Assembly (NCBI RefSeq): GCF_000025665.1
Contig: NC_013926.1
Coordinates: 990,001 to 1,022,000 of the forward strand
Length of the DNA: 32,000 bases
From: Aciduliprofundum boonei T469
GTDB lineage: Archaea > Thermoplasmatota > Thermoplasmata > Thermoplasmatales > Aciduliprofundaceae
Reading direction: 5' to 3'
A program made the translations under genes and the position numbers. This document shows, in pieces, positions 8,359-15,720 of this stretch (within the stretch, counting starts at the first letter, position 1; each line of letters begins with the position of its first letter). The notes below the pieces were generated by a model, which worked only from the letters and a program-made list of their open reading frames with translations, made no database searches and was not told the origin of the DNA.

Positions 8359-9096
8359 CTACTTTATTTTATCTAAGAATTCCACCAGCACTTTTCCCCT
8401 TTCTGTCAATTGTACTTTTCCATCTTTCATCTCTATGTACTTGTGGTTCTTGAAGTATGCGATTGCCCTATCTGCATTCTCCCTTATCTCTTTCTTGAAC
8501 TCTTCCAGTGTCTTTGGAGTTTTCAGTGTTTTGAGCATCTCTTCCCATTCCTTATTTTCTTGGCTCTCAAAGTTCATGGTGGGCAATTTCTCTATTATTC
8601 CCTTCTCAGCGTGATAAGCATCCACAGAGAGCTTTGTTCCTCTCCTTATGCTCAGATGGCTATAGTACTCTTTCTTATGCACCACATTCATGGTTGCCAA
8701 GTATAAAGCTAGAGAGCCCAACTTGTGGCCACAGCTCACATTAAGCTTTATGTCCACATCCTCTTCTTGTATATGCGAGGAAATGTGATCATCCATTGCC
8801 CTGTACATTATCCTGTATGACTCATCGTAATTAGTTAAATTCACCTTTATGAGCTTGAAGTTTCCTATTTTTTCCACAAGCTTTGCAAATAACTCCTGCT
8901 CCTCATAGCTCAATTCTTTAATCGTTCTCTCAAACTCTTCGTTGGAATAATCGGAGAATATCAGGAGCTTGTCAAATTCCCCTGCGTACTCCATTCCCTC
9001 CAAGAATTTCTCCACTTCCTCGTTGTTCAACTTCTTCCTTATATCCTCGTCACTCTTGTAGGTGTAAATCGTGAGAGTGGAAGCGAAAAGCTTCAT
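8359..9096 (-). CDS. CARF-domain protein with C-terminal winged helix-turn-helix domain (wHTH; Csa3-like regulator)
   Basis: 245 aa. CARF signature [DN]x[ST]xxx[RK] present as NVSCGHK (nt 8722-8742). Rossmann-like N-terminal beta strand MKLFASTL. The C-terminus YFKNHKYIEMKDGKVQLTERGKVLVEFL is wHTH-like. Confidence 0.6.
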   Translation of the reverse strand: MKLFASTLTIYTYKSDEDIRKKLNNEEVEKFLEGMEYAGEFDKLLIFSDYSNEEFERTIKELSYEEQELFAKLVEKIGNFKLIKVNLTNYDESYRIMYRAMDDHISSHIQEEDVDIKLNVSCGHKLGSLALYLATMNVVHKKEYYSHLSIRRGTKLSVDAYHAEKGIIEKLPTMNFESQENKEWEEMLKTLKTPKTLEEFKKEIRENADRAIAYFKNHKYIEMKDGKVQLTERGKVLVEFLDKIK

Positions 9097-9728
9097 AGTG
9101 CATTACCTCCGAAGAGATATGCAGCGCTGTTGGCAACCAAAATCTTCGTTCTCCCATTCTTCTCCTCCCTTATGAGATTTGCTAGTATTAACCTGCTCTT
9201 TGCATCCGATATCGTGGAATAGCCCTTGTTAAGCTTGCTTTTCAATGTCTTCATGTCCATTTTCCCACCTTGGCTGTGTATTAGGGCTTGCAGAATCTGC
9301 ACCGCCGTGGAATCGCTTTCATTCATTTTAAAAAAGTTCCTCTGGCTCGTGGATAACCTTATGGGCACTCTCTTTATTGTAGTCTTTCCGTTCTCTGTGA
9401 CTAGGTATATTATTGGAATGTCCATCAGGGCTGCCTTGAGAGCCAATGAGAATGACATTATCTTCGTTCCCCCAGTTATGTTTGCCACAGATGTGTTGTC
9501 TATGTGCTCATTCACCTTTGTTATGCAATCGTAGAAGTTCATCGGGTCCACTTGCACCGCCTTGACATTTGAAAGCTCTTTCTTCACCTCATTTAATGCT
9601 TTTTCAACTTTCTCTTTCTCTTCATCGTTCACATATCCGTAAAACACCACATTCTCATCCGGTTTGAGTTTCTTGGCTGCTTCTATAACCACCTTCGATG
9701 TCCAGCCTAGCGTGGATAGCAGTTTCAT
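9093..9728 (-). CDS. CARF-domain protein with C-terminal wHTH (Csa3-like regulator)
   Basis: CARF signature NITGGTK (nt 9462-9482). First-strand motif KLLSTLGWTS. C-terminal wHTH ILQALIHSQGGKMDMKTLKSKL...ANLIREEKNGRTKIL. The ORF track starts at 9755, but the ATG at 9728 has GAGGAG 6 nt upstream. ATGA overlap with the next gene. Confidence 0.7.
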   Translation of the reverse strand: MKLLSTLGWTSKVVIEAAKKLKPDENVVFYGYVNDEEKEKVEKALNEVKKELSNVKAVQVDPMNFYDCITKVNEHIDNTSVANITGGTKIMSFSLALKAALMDIPIIYLVTENGKTTIKRVPIRLSTSQRNFFKMNESDSTAVQILQALIHSQGGKMDMKTLKSKLNKGYSTISDAKSRLILANLIREEKNGRTKILVANSAAYLFGGNAL

Positions 9729-9777
9729 TTTTATCTCCTCATGGCGATTAACCATCTTAAAGAATATATTACTTTCT

Positions 9778-9798
9778 ACGAAGTTTTCAAAAGTTCGT
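9778..9798. promoter_or_regulatory. 21-bp near-perfect palindrome, candidate operator in the divergent promoter region
   Basis: ACGAAGTTTT-C-AAAAGTTCGT; the arms match 9 of 10 positions. It lies next to a TATA-like AATATATT (9763-9771) upstream of the CARF gene. GTTCGT/TTCGT half-site-like copies recur at 9924-9929 and 9974-9979. Confidence 0.4.
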
Positions 9799-10031
9799 GA
9801 AAGATGTTAAATAATACCCAAGGATGATTTTTCTACCTTAAAATGGGGGTATTGAAAATGCAAGGTAGAATGTATAATCGGACATCTTATCCGAAAATAC
9901 CGATTGCGTCAAAGCATTGTAGATTTCGTATTGTAAATGCAAATTATCTGGCTACAGAGCATTTGTGTCGATGGTTCGTTATTCTAATGAGCGATAAATC
10001 TCCTATACCTCGCAGAGGAAACTATGCGAGC

Positions 10032-11159
10032 ATGGTGGCAAAGGCGAGGAGCACTTTGCCCTTGCTATTGCCATTTGGATGCTCATATGTTCTTCTAAAC
10101 ATTGAGATAATTGGCAACGAGATGAATCTGATTGTAAAGTCTCCATACAAAGGCGAAGCCATACCTATAGATAGATTGGGACTCTTAGCTTATATGGCAA
10201 TTGAAATATTGAAGAGAGGAAGTTACAGAAAAGATCCTTTTATGAGTAAATATGAGAAATACTACGATAAGTTTAGAGAGTACATACCCGAAGATTACAG
10301 GATAACGGTGAACGGAGAGTATACAACTTTTAATTACCGCACATTGGAAGAGATTTATCAGAAATTTCCAGAGATCATTGAAGATCTAAGTGGTGTACAT
10401 TCCCCTGTAAATCCCCCCCAATGCCAGAGCTGCCCATTTAAAAATGCATGTGCGTATTTATCCGCAACTGCTGATCTCATGGATTTGCATATGTTAGATT
10501 TTTTTCACAACATTCCAAGAATATATCATGCCCTTAGAAATGCGGGGGTAAACGCTCTTCTTTATATAGGAATATACATGTTCAATCGCTTTCGGTACTT
10601 GAATGTTGATGAGAGCTTAATAAGTGCTGCAGAGTATCTGTCAGAGGGAAAAAACGTAGCCATATATGTCAGGTTTGGTATAGAGCCAAGAAATCGCATG
10701 TTTCTATCGCTGCTGGATGGAAATGTATACAAGGATGCCTACCAGCTGGTTTTGAAGAACCCGAATATGAGAATTTTTGACGAGAGTGGCGATGTGACTG
10801 ATGAGCTTGTTATAAAGAGCCTCATTCTAAGATCCTTATTAACATCTAGAAACTCCAATGAAATAAACAAGTTTCTCAAAGATTATCCTGAGAACGAGAA
10901 GTACATTCTCTATTTCTCCTTCTTAACCAATAATCCTTTCGCAGAGAACATATTCTATGCAAGGGGAACCGTTGACGAGAACGATCCTTCAACCATGTAC
11001 CTGAACGAGAAAAACGGAGTGGTTGATCTATTAAGCACGATATACAATTCTAAATTGTATAAAGATGGATACATAGAAGTTGATAAAGAAAATTTGAAGG
11101 TTTATCCCACAAAAAAGTTGTTGAACACTCTTAGCTCTCTTTGCATGGGGGGAGAATAA
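10032..11159 (+). CDS. Hypothetical protein A with Cas4-like Cys arrangement (paralogue of the next gene)
   Basis: 375 aa from the ATG at 10032; the ORF is open from 9843. Cys17 lies in the context FGCSYVLL, and CQSCPFKNAC (C-x2-C-x5-C, nt 10422-10451) starts at codon 131. ITVNGEYTTFNY aligns with IRINGENVDVHFN in protein B. Confidence 0.7.
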   Translation: MVAKARSTLPLLLPFGCSYVLLNIEIIGNEMNLIVKSPYKGEAIPIDRLGLLAYMAIEILKRGSYRKDPFMSKYEKYYDKFREYIPEDYRITVNGEYTTFNYRTLEEIYQKFPEIIEDLSGVHSPVNPPQCQSCPFKNACAYLSATADLMDLHMLDFFHNIPRIYHALRNAGVNALLYIGIYMFNRFRYLNVDESLISAAEYLSEGKNVAIYVRFGIEPRNRMFLSLLDGNVYKDAYQLVLKNPNMRIFDESGDVTDELVIKSLILRSLLTSRNSNEINKFLKDYPENEKYILYFSFLTNNPFAENIFYARGTVDENDPSTMYLNEKNGVVDLLSTIYNSKLYKDGYIEVDKENLKVYPTKKLLNTLSSLCMGGE

Positions 11160-11995
11160 TGATTCCGGGAGATTTCCTATACACAAACTACTTTTGCAGA
11201 TCGGCCCTCTTGCTAACCCGTGATTTCTACTCAGATTACAAGCCAAACATGGATTACATCGTGTTAAAATTGATGGGGAAAAAGATATTTTTCAGGCGTA
11301 AAGGTAATGATTTCATACTGGTCAATCAATATGGAGAAAAGAGCATATTAAGGAAAACTAAAGCATGGATAAAAGTTCTGATTGCCAAGGCACTGAAGGA
11401 TTCTGGAGAGAATTTCAGAGATATAAGAATAAATGGTGAGAATGTGGATGTTCATTTTAATGATCTGCTTATAATCGGAGAGGTTGCATCGCAGATTAAC
11501 ACCTTCACCTTGGAGAGACTTACAAACCATTCATCTGGAAATCTTGGGTGCAAAGTTCCCTGCCCTTTTAAAAGATACTGCCAGGATGGCATAGAACCAA
11601 CTACATCCTACGATCCTCAAAAAAATCTCTATTATCTCACTCTTTACTCATCCATAGTGGATTTAATTCTTAGCTCGGATATTCTGTTAGCTGGCATAAA
11701 TGTAGTTGATAGGTACATTGACAATTTTGGAAATTTGCAGAGAAAATTAAACGGAATTTTAGCCAAACTCTCACAGGAGATAGGTTATGATAGAGCAGAT
11801 GCACTTCTCTGGCTTGGAAGAAAGGTTATGATGGGAGAGAGGGTTAAAGACACAGAGCTAAACTTGGAAGATTATGGAGGATACATAACAAGAGTTGGGA
11901 AGTGGATAATACCCACAGACAAATTCTGGAATCTGGTTTATGGAGAGGGGAAAGAGGAGAAGATAAGAGGGTTGTACGAGATTTGGGGTGATTGA
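11159..11995 (+). CDS. Hypothetical protein B with Cas4-like Cys arrangement (paralogue of the preceding gene)
   Basis: 278 aa from the ATG at 11159, which overlaps the upstream TAA (TAATG) and follows GGGGGGAG. Cys13 lies in the context YFCRSALLL. CKVPCPFKRYC (C-x3-C-x5-C, nt 11549-11581) also starts at codon 131. Confidence 0.7.
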   Translation: MIPGDFLYTNYFCRSALLLTRDFYSDYKPNMDYIVLKLMGKKIFFRRKGNDFILVNQYGEKSILRKTKAWIKVLIAKALKDSGENFRDIRINGENVDVHFNDLLIIGEVASQINTFTLERLTNHSSGNLGCKVPCPFKRYCQDGIEPTTSYDPQKNLYYLTLYSSIVDLILSSDILLAGINVVDRYIDNFGNLQRKLNGILAKLSQEIGYDRADALLWLGRKVMMGERVKDTELNLEDYGGYITRVGKWIIPTDKFWNLVYGEGKEEKIRGLYEIWGD

Positions 11996-11996
11996 G

Positions 11997-13103
11997 ATGA
12001 GGGAGAAATACATATCCGCAATTAATGAGATTGAGAAGTACTATGCGTTTCCAGATAAGCATAGAGAGCTCATGAAGATCATTCCCCTTGTGAAGAATGG
12101 TATATTCCTCATATACGGTTATTATGGGTACGGTAAGACTGTGTATGCAGATTTAATTGGCAAGGTTCTCTTCGGCGTGAATTCTTCTCAAGGCAAGGTA
12201 AACTTGAGCAACGAGCTTGGCATACACGATGTGTTCTTCTGGATAGATGCTGGGCAATTGGCAAAGGGAAAGGAGGTAATAGAGCCAAGGGGAATAATAA
12301 GCTCTCCGTTTAAATTCATAAACGAGCTGCAGAGAGGAAATGGCAGGATATACAACACTCTCTTATCCCTAATGAGCGAGAAAAAGATAGTGTACAGGGA
12401 TAGAGTATTTAGCACTCCTGATTTCGTCATGCTGATGGACGCAAATCCAATGGACTCTTCCTCTGTTAAGATACCAAGAGCGTTACTGGACAGGGTAACT
12501 GCAAGCTTCACCATGCTCACGCCCAACGAGGATGAGAGGGAGAAATTGATGTATTTAGAGCACTCTTCACCGCTCGATGCCGTTGAGCCAATGCTCACCT
12601 ACGAAGACATGCAGAAGATATGGAGCGAGGTGGAGAGAATAAAAGTCCCAGAGGGTTTGGTATTCTTATTAACGCACTTGATACACAATTATTTGAATGC
12701 CTGTGAGAAGGGAAACAAAGAGTATTTCACGCCAGAGATGATGAGGAGCATGTGCGAAGGATGCAGGTGGAGAGTAGAGCCATGCTCAGAGCTTCTAGAG
12801 CCTCTCGGGCAGAGATGGTGGATTGATGCCATAAAGATTGCAAAAGCGAGGGCCTATTTTGAAGGGAGAGAGGTAAACGAAGAGGATGTGTTCTTTGCAG
12901 TTAAGTATGTTCTGCCCCATAGGGTACATCTTAGAGAGGACATAAAGATAGCCTATGTATCCCCTGAGCTTTGGGCTGAGAAGTTGGTAGAGAGGATAAA
13001 AACGGAGCTAGAAACGAGGTGGATTCCAGCCTTGAATGGAAATGAGAAAGCTTTGAGAGATTCTGAAAGAACGCTTCATTTCATCTTGGAGGGGAGAGAA
13101 TGA
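11997..13103 (+). CDS. MoxR-family AAA+ ATPase (divergent)
   Basis: Walker A GYYGYGKT (nt 12117-12140). Walker B region FKFINELQRGNGRIYNTLLSLMSEKKI. Sensor/Arg-finger region FVMLMDANPMDSSSVKIPRALLDRV. The ATG at 11997 follows GGGGTGAT; an alternative GTG lies at 11988. C-terminal C-x16-C-x2-C-x6-C cluster. Confidence 0.8.
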   Translation: MREKYISAINEIEKYYAFPDKHRELMKIIPLVKNGIFLIYGYYGYGKTVYADLIGKVLFGVNSSQGKVNLSNELGIHDVFFWIDAGQLAKGKEVIEPRGIISSPFKFINELQRGNGRIYNTLLSLMSEKKIVYRDRVFSTPDFVMLMDANPMDSSSVKIPRALLDRVTASFTMLTPNEDEREKLMYLEHSSPLDAVEPMLTYEDMQKIWSEVERIKVPEGLVFLLTHLIHNYLNACEKGNKEYFTPEMMRSMCEGCRWRVEPCSELLEPLGQRWWIDAIKIAKARAYFEGREVNEEDVFFAVKYVLPHRVHLREDIKIAYVSPELWAEKLVERIKTELETRWIPALNGNEKALRDSERTLHFILEGRE

Positions 13104-14515
13104 ATGTTGAGAACATAATGAAAGAAGTTAGCTCTGAGTTCGGAAAGGTCATGCCTTTGAAAATAGTGGACGATGCTCCATCCGCGTACTTTGACTGGGA
13201 AAGCGTCACGCTGCCAAAGAGGTTCTTAGATTGGGATGATGAAATGATAAAGAATGTAATAAGGCACGAATTTGGCCATCTATTTTTCTCTCCCCGAAAC
13301 CCGGATGTGGGTGTGGTAATCAACTACATAGCTAGCTTGTTTGGTTACGAGAATCCATGGCTCTTTACGAACATTCTCACAGATTTGATTGTGGATACCA
13401 CGAATATGGAAGTGTTCGGAGAAGAGTACCTGCGTTTTCTGGAGAGGAGCATAGAAAATGCGGATAAAGGAAGAACCTTGAGAGTGATGGCCGGGGTTTA
13501 TCATGAAAAGGCTGAAAAGCTAAATCTAAAAACCTCACTTCCAAAAAATCATATAGGTAAGGAAATATACAAAATACTCAACAACAATGAGACGGATTTT
13601 TACCTGAGAGTTATAGAGATTGCAAAGTTGTTCTTACCCTATTATGATTTTCAAACACCACTTCATTTCAGGATACTCATATTTTCCGATGACTCGCCGG
13701 CAGAGATTGCAAAATCTCTCATAAAGGTGAAGGTTGGAAGCGATGTGATGGACGAGCTAAGGAGATTGGCAGGAGAAAGGGGAGGATTCTTGATATCCGA
13801 TCCAGTCATGGTCGCATACGAGAAGATGAAGATGGTTTCCACATACTTGGAGCTTGAGGAGAGTATGGAAGGCATGGAGAGCAAACAGATCAACTATGGG
13901 CCTTGGAGCATCGGTGACGAGCCCTACGAGCTGGACATGACTAAAACTCTAACCAGTTACGGCATAGTGCTTCCCGGAGTTTATTCTACAAAATCCGAGA
14001 GCATAGACATGGGAAACGAGAGAGAAGGAAAAAGCTACAGAGACTCAATAATAATCTTGGATTGTAGTGGCTCTATGGAAGGAGAGCCTTTTGAGAGAGC
14101 TAGAGAAGCTGCGTATGTTATGGCCAGAGAGATCCAGAAAGCCGGGAAGAAAGTAGGGCTAATCCCATTCTCCGGGTATGTCATTGAAGATAGGGTGGTG
14201 TATCCCACAACCGATTCTTCAAGATTGAACGATATACTCACTAGAATCAAGCCGGGGGGAGGTACAATGCTTCAATACGCGCTCCAATTCGCTTTGCAAT
14301 TCGGGAAAGAATACTATGTTTACATATTATCCGATTCTGATGTTTACGATGTGCGTTCCACAGAGGAGCTTTTGGATGAGTTTAGGGGAAGATGCACTTT
14401 CTTCCTCATATCTTATGAAGAGGTAAACAGGTGGTTTGAAAAGGATGGAATAAAGATTGTTGAGATCTCTCCAGATGGTATTGTTAAGAGAGCTTATGAG
14501 GAGGTGAAAAAATGA
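13100..14515 (+). CDS. Putative zinc metallopeptidase (HExxH, DUF2201_N-like) fused to a von Willebrand factor A (vWA) domain
   Basis: 471 aa. HEFGH at nt 13265-13279, with downstream NILTDLIVDT. vWA MIDAS motif DCSGS at nt 14060-14074, followed by GLIPFSG and GGGT. ATGA overlap with the MoxR gene. Confidence 0.8.
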   Translation: MNVENIMKEVSSEFGKVMPLKIVDDAPSAYFDWESVTLPKRFLDWDDEMIKNVIRHEFGHLFFSPRNPDVGVVINYIASLFGYENPWLFTNILTDLIVDTTNMEVFGEEYLRFLERSIENADKGRTLRVMAGVYHEKAEKLNLKTSLPKNHIGKEIYKILNNNETDFYLRVIEIAKLFLPYYDFQTPLHFRILIFSDDSPAEIAKSLIKVKVGSDVMDELRRLAGERGGFLISDPVMVAYEKMKMVSTYLELEESMEGMESKQINYGPWSIGDEPYELDMTKTLTSYGIVLPGVYSTKSESIDMGNEREGKSYRDSIIILDCSGSMEGEPFERAREAAYVMAREIQKAGKKVGLIPFSGYVIEDRVVYPTTDSSRLNDILTRIKPGGGTMLQYALQFALQFGKEYYVYILSDSDVYDVRSTEELLDEFRGRCTFFLISYEEVNRWFEKDGIKIVEISPDGIVKRAYEEVKK

Positions 14516-15183
14516 AGAATTTAGATAAGTATGTTAAGGACCTAACGGAAAGGATAAAGATAAACTATGAAGGTTTGAAAATATCCGAAAAGGGTACGGA
14601 AATGGAGAAGAAAGCTTACATGGGCTTTTACATTCCTTACCCAAAAACTCTAGATAACGATATAATCATTGGAAGTGAAGTTGATGAAATGGCACCTATC
14701 AGAAGATCCTCAATAGTTGTTTGGAGAATAACCCCAAGTGGTTTTGAGCTCATATCTGCTAAGGACCAAAAATTTGAGCACAAGGTTAGGAAAATGATTG
14801 AAGAGACAAGAGACAAGGTGGTTTACACTTACGATGAAACAAAGCTATCTCCCAATATTACCCGACTGCTTCAAAGAAGAAGGCTAAAGGACTTGGAAGA
14901 ATCTGTTGAGAGATTATCATTGCACATGGATAAAAGCGACATACCTGTGCCTTGGGATCCAATTGATTTTGATGATGTATCAGAAGCTTGGAGAAGTGGA
15001 GATACGAGGATTGTGAACCTTCACTGCGTTGCCGAAGCCCTGCGTATTTATTCCATCTACCTAATAGTGAAAGTCACAGAGATGATAAGAAGCTTGAACA
15101 CCGTAACCCTAGACCAGTTCATGGTGAAAGGAAACTCCAATGGGAAGATAAAACTTCCAAAGCTGGTGGATTCGACTTACTAA
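14512..15183 (+). CDS. Hypothetical protein, last gene of the MoxR-vWA operon
   Basis: 223 aa. ATGA overlap with the upstream gene, preceded by GAGGAGGTGA. I recognise no motif. Confidence 0.7.
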   Translation: MKNLDKYVKDLTERIKINYEGLKISEKGTEMEKKAYMGFYIPYPKTLDNDIIIGSEVDEMAPIRRSSIVVWRITPSGFELISAKDQKFEHKVRKMIEETRDKVVYTYDETKLSPNITRLLQRRRLKDLEESVERLSLHMDKSDIPVPWDPIDFDDVSEAWRSGDTRIVNLHCVAEALRIYSIYLIVKVTEMIRSLNTVTLDQFMVKGNSNGKIKLPKLVDSTY

Positions 15184-15278
15184 ATCACTCAATTTTCATA
15201 CCACCACCTTACTTTATTTTATGTAATATTTACTTCGGAAGAATATTTTTATTTACCTTATAAATAGATATAATTGAG

Positions 15279-15542
15279 ATGAGTAAAATGGTGAAATATA
15301 TGAGTAAGGATTACGGAATAGTGGAGGAAGTAAAGATTGAGGGTGTAAAGAATGTGTCTGAGAGAATTGCAGCGGAATATAAGTATATCATAGAGAAATA
15401 TGGAATTCCAGAAAAAGATTGGAAATTGATAAGTCAAGCCATAGTTAAAGAAAAAGATGGAAGATCTTTTGATGTGTTGAATATAGAGTTTCCAGATGGA
15501 CATATTAAGATCATCTATTTCGATAGAAGTTTGATCTACTGA
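15279..15542 (+). CDS. Small hypothetical protein
   Basis: 87-aa ORF with protein-like K/E/I composition. A/T-rich TATA-like sequences lie at 15241-15266. The start is ambiguous among the ATGs at 15279, 15288 and 15300. Confidence 0.5.
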   Translation: MSKMVKYMSKDYGIVEEVKIEGVKNVSERIAAEYKYIIEKYGIPEKDWKLISQAIVKEKDGRSFDVLNIEFPDGHIKIIYFDRSLIY

Positions 15543-15720
15543 AAGATTTCTGAGAAGTTGGGAGAAGTTAGAAAGTAATTATGGAGATAAGAGAGCATGT
15601 TGCAGCTATAATAAAATCTACAAATTGTTGGGGTAAATTAGGTAAAATCTCTCTCATGTTTATGAACTTGTTTTGAAGATCCGTGACAAGCTATTCAGAT
15701 GAATTGTTTATGAAATGGAA

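Noticed and set aside
123-8706. Short antisense or off-frame ORFs inside long genes (e.g. 123..365+, 695..898+, 1414..1704+, 3475..3696-, 4868..5191+, 5432..5746+, 5828..6046+, 6989..7201+, 7346..7570+, 7780..7983+, 8053..8250+, 8410..8706+)
   Set aside because: They are Ser/Phe/Leu/Ile-rich mirror translations of Lys/Glu-rich genes. They have no independent start signals and are fully contained in well-supported CDSs.
9843-10031. N-terminal extension of the 438-aa ORF (track start 9843)
   Set aside because: The first 63 codons (MGVLKMQGRMYNRTSYPKIPIASKHCRFRIVNANYL...) are Arg/Cys/Asn-rich and poor in Glu/Lys, unlike every other protein here. Alignment with the paralogue begins at the Cys just after the ATG at 10032. 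That start also puts the Cys triad at codon 131 in both paralogues. I therefore treat 9843-10031 as untranslated control region.
10028-10117. Possible structured RNA or riboswitch-like leader with mutually exclusive pairings
   Set aside because: The candidate pairings are GAGCAT (10028-10033) with ATGCTC (10079-10084), and GGCAAAG (10037-10043) with CTTTGCC (10054-10060). In addition, TTGCCA (10068-10073) can pair with TGGCAA at either 10036-10041 or 10112-10117. These stems are real complementarities, but they lie at and inside the proposed start of gene A. They are short, and without a folding energy calculation or covariation from homologues they cannot be told apart from chance. I do not call this an ncRNA.
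14988-15263. 91-aa ORF overlapping the end of the 223-aa gene
   Set aside because: It is out of frame with a coupled operon gene for most of its length. It has unusual composition (MEKWRYEDCEPSLRCRSPAYLFHL...) and runs into A/T-rich terminator or promoter sequence.
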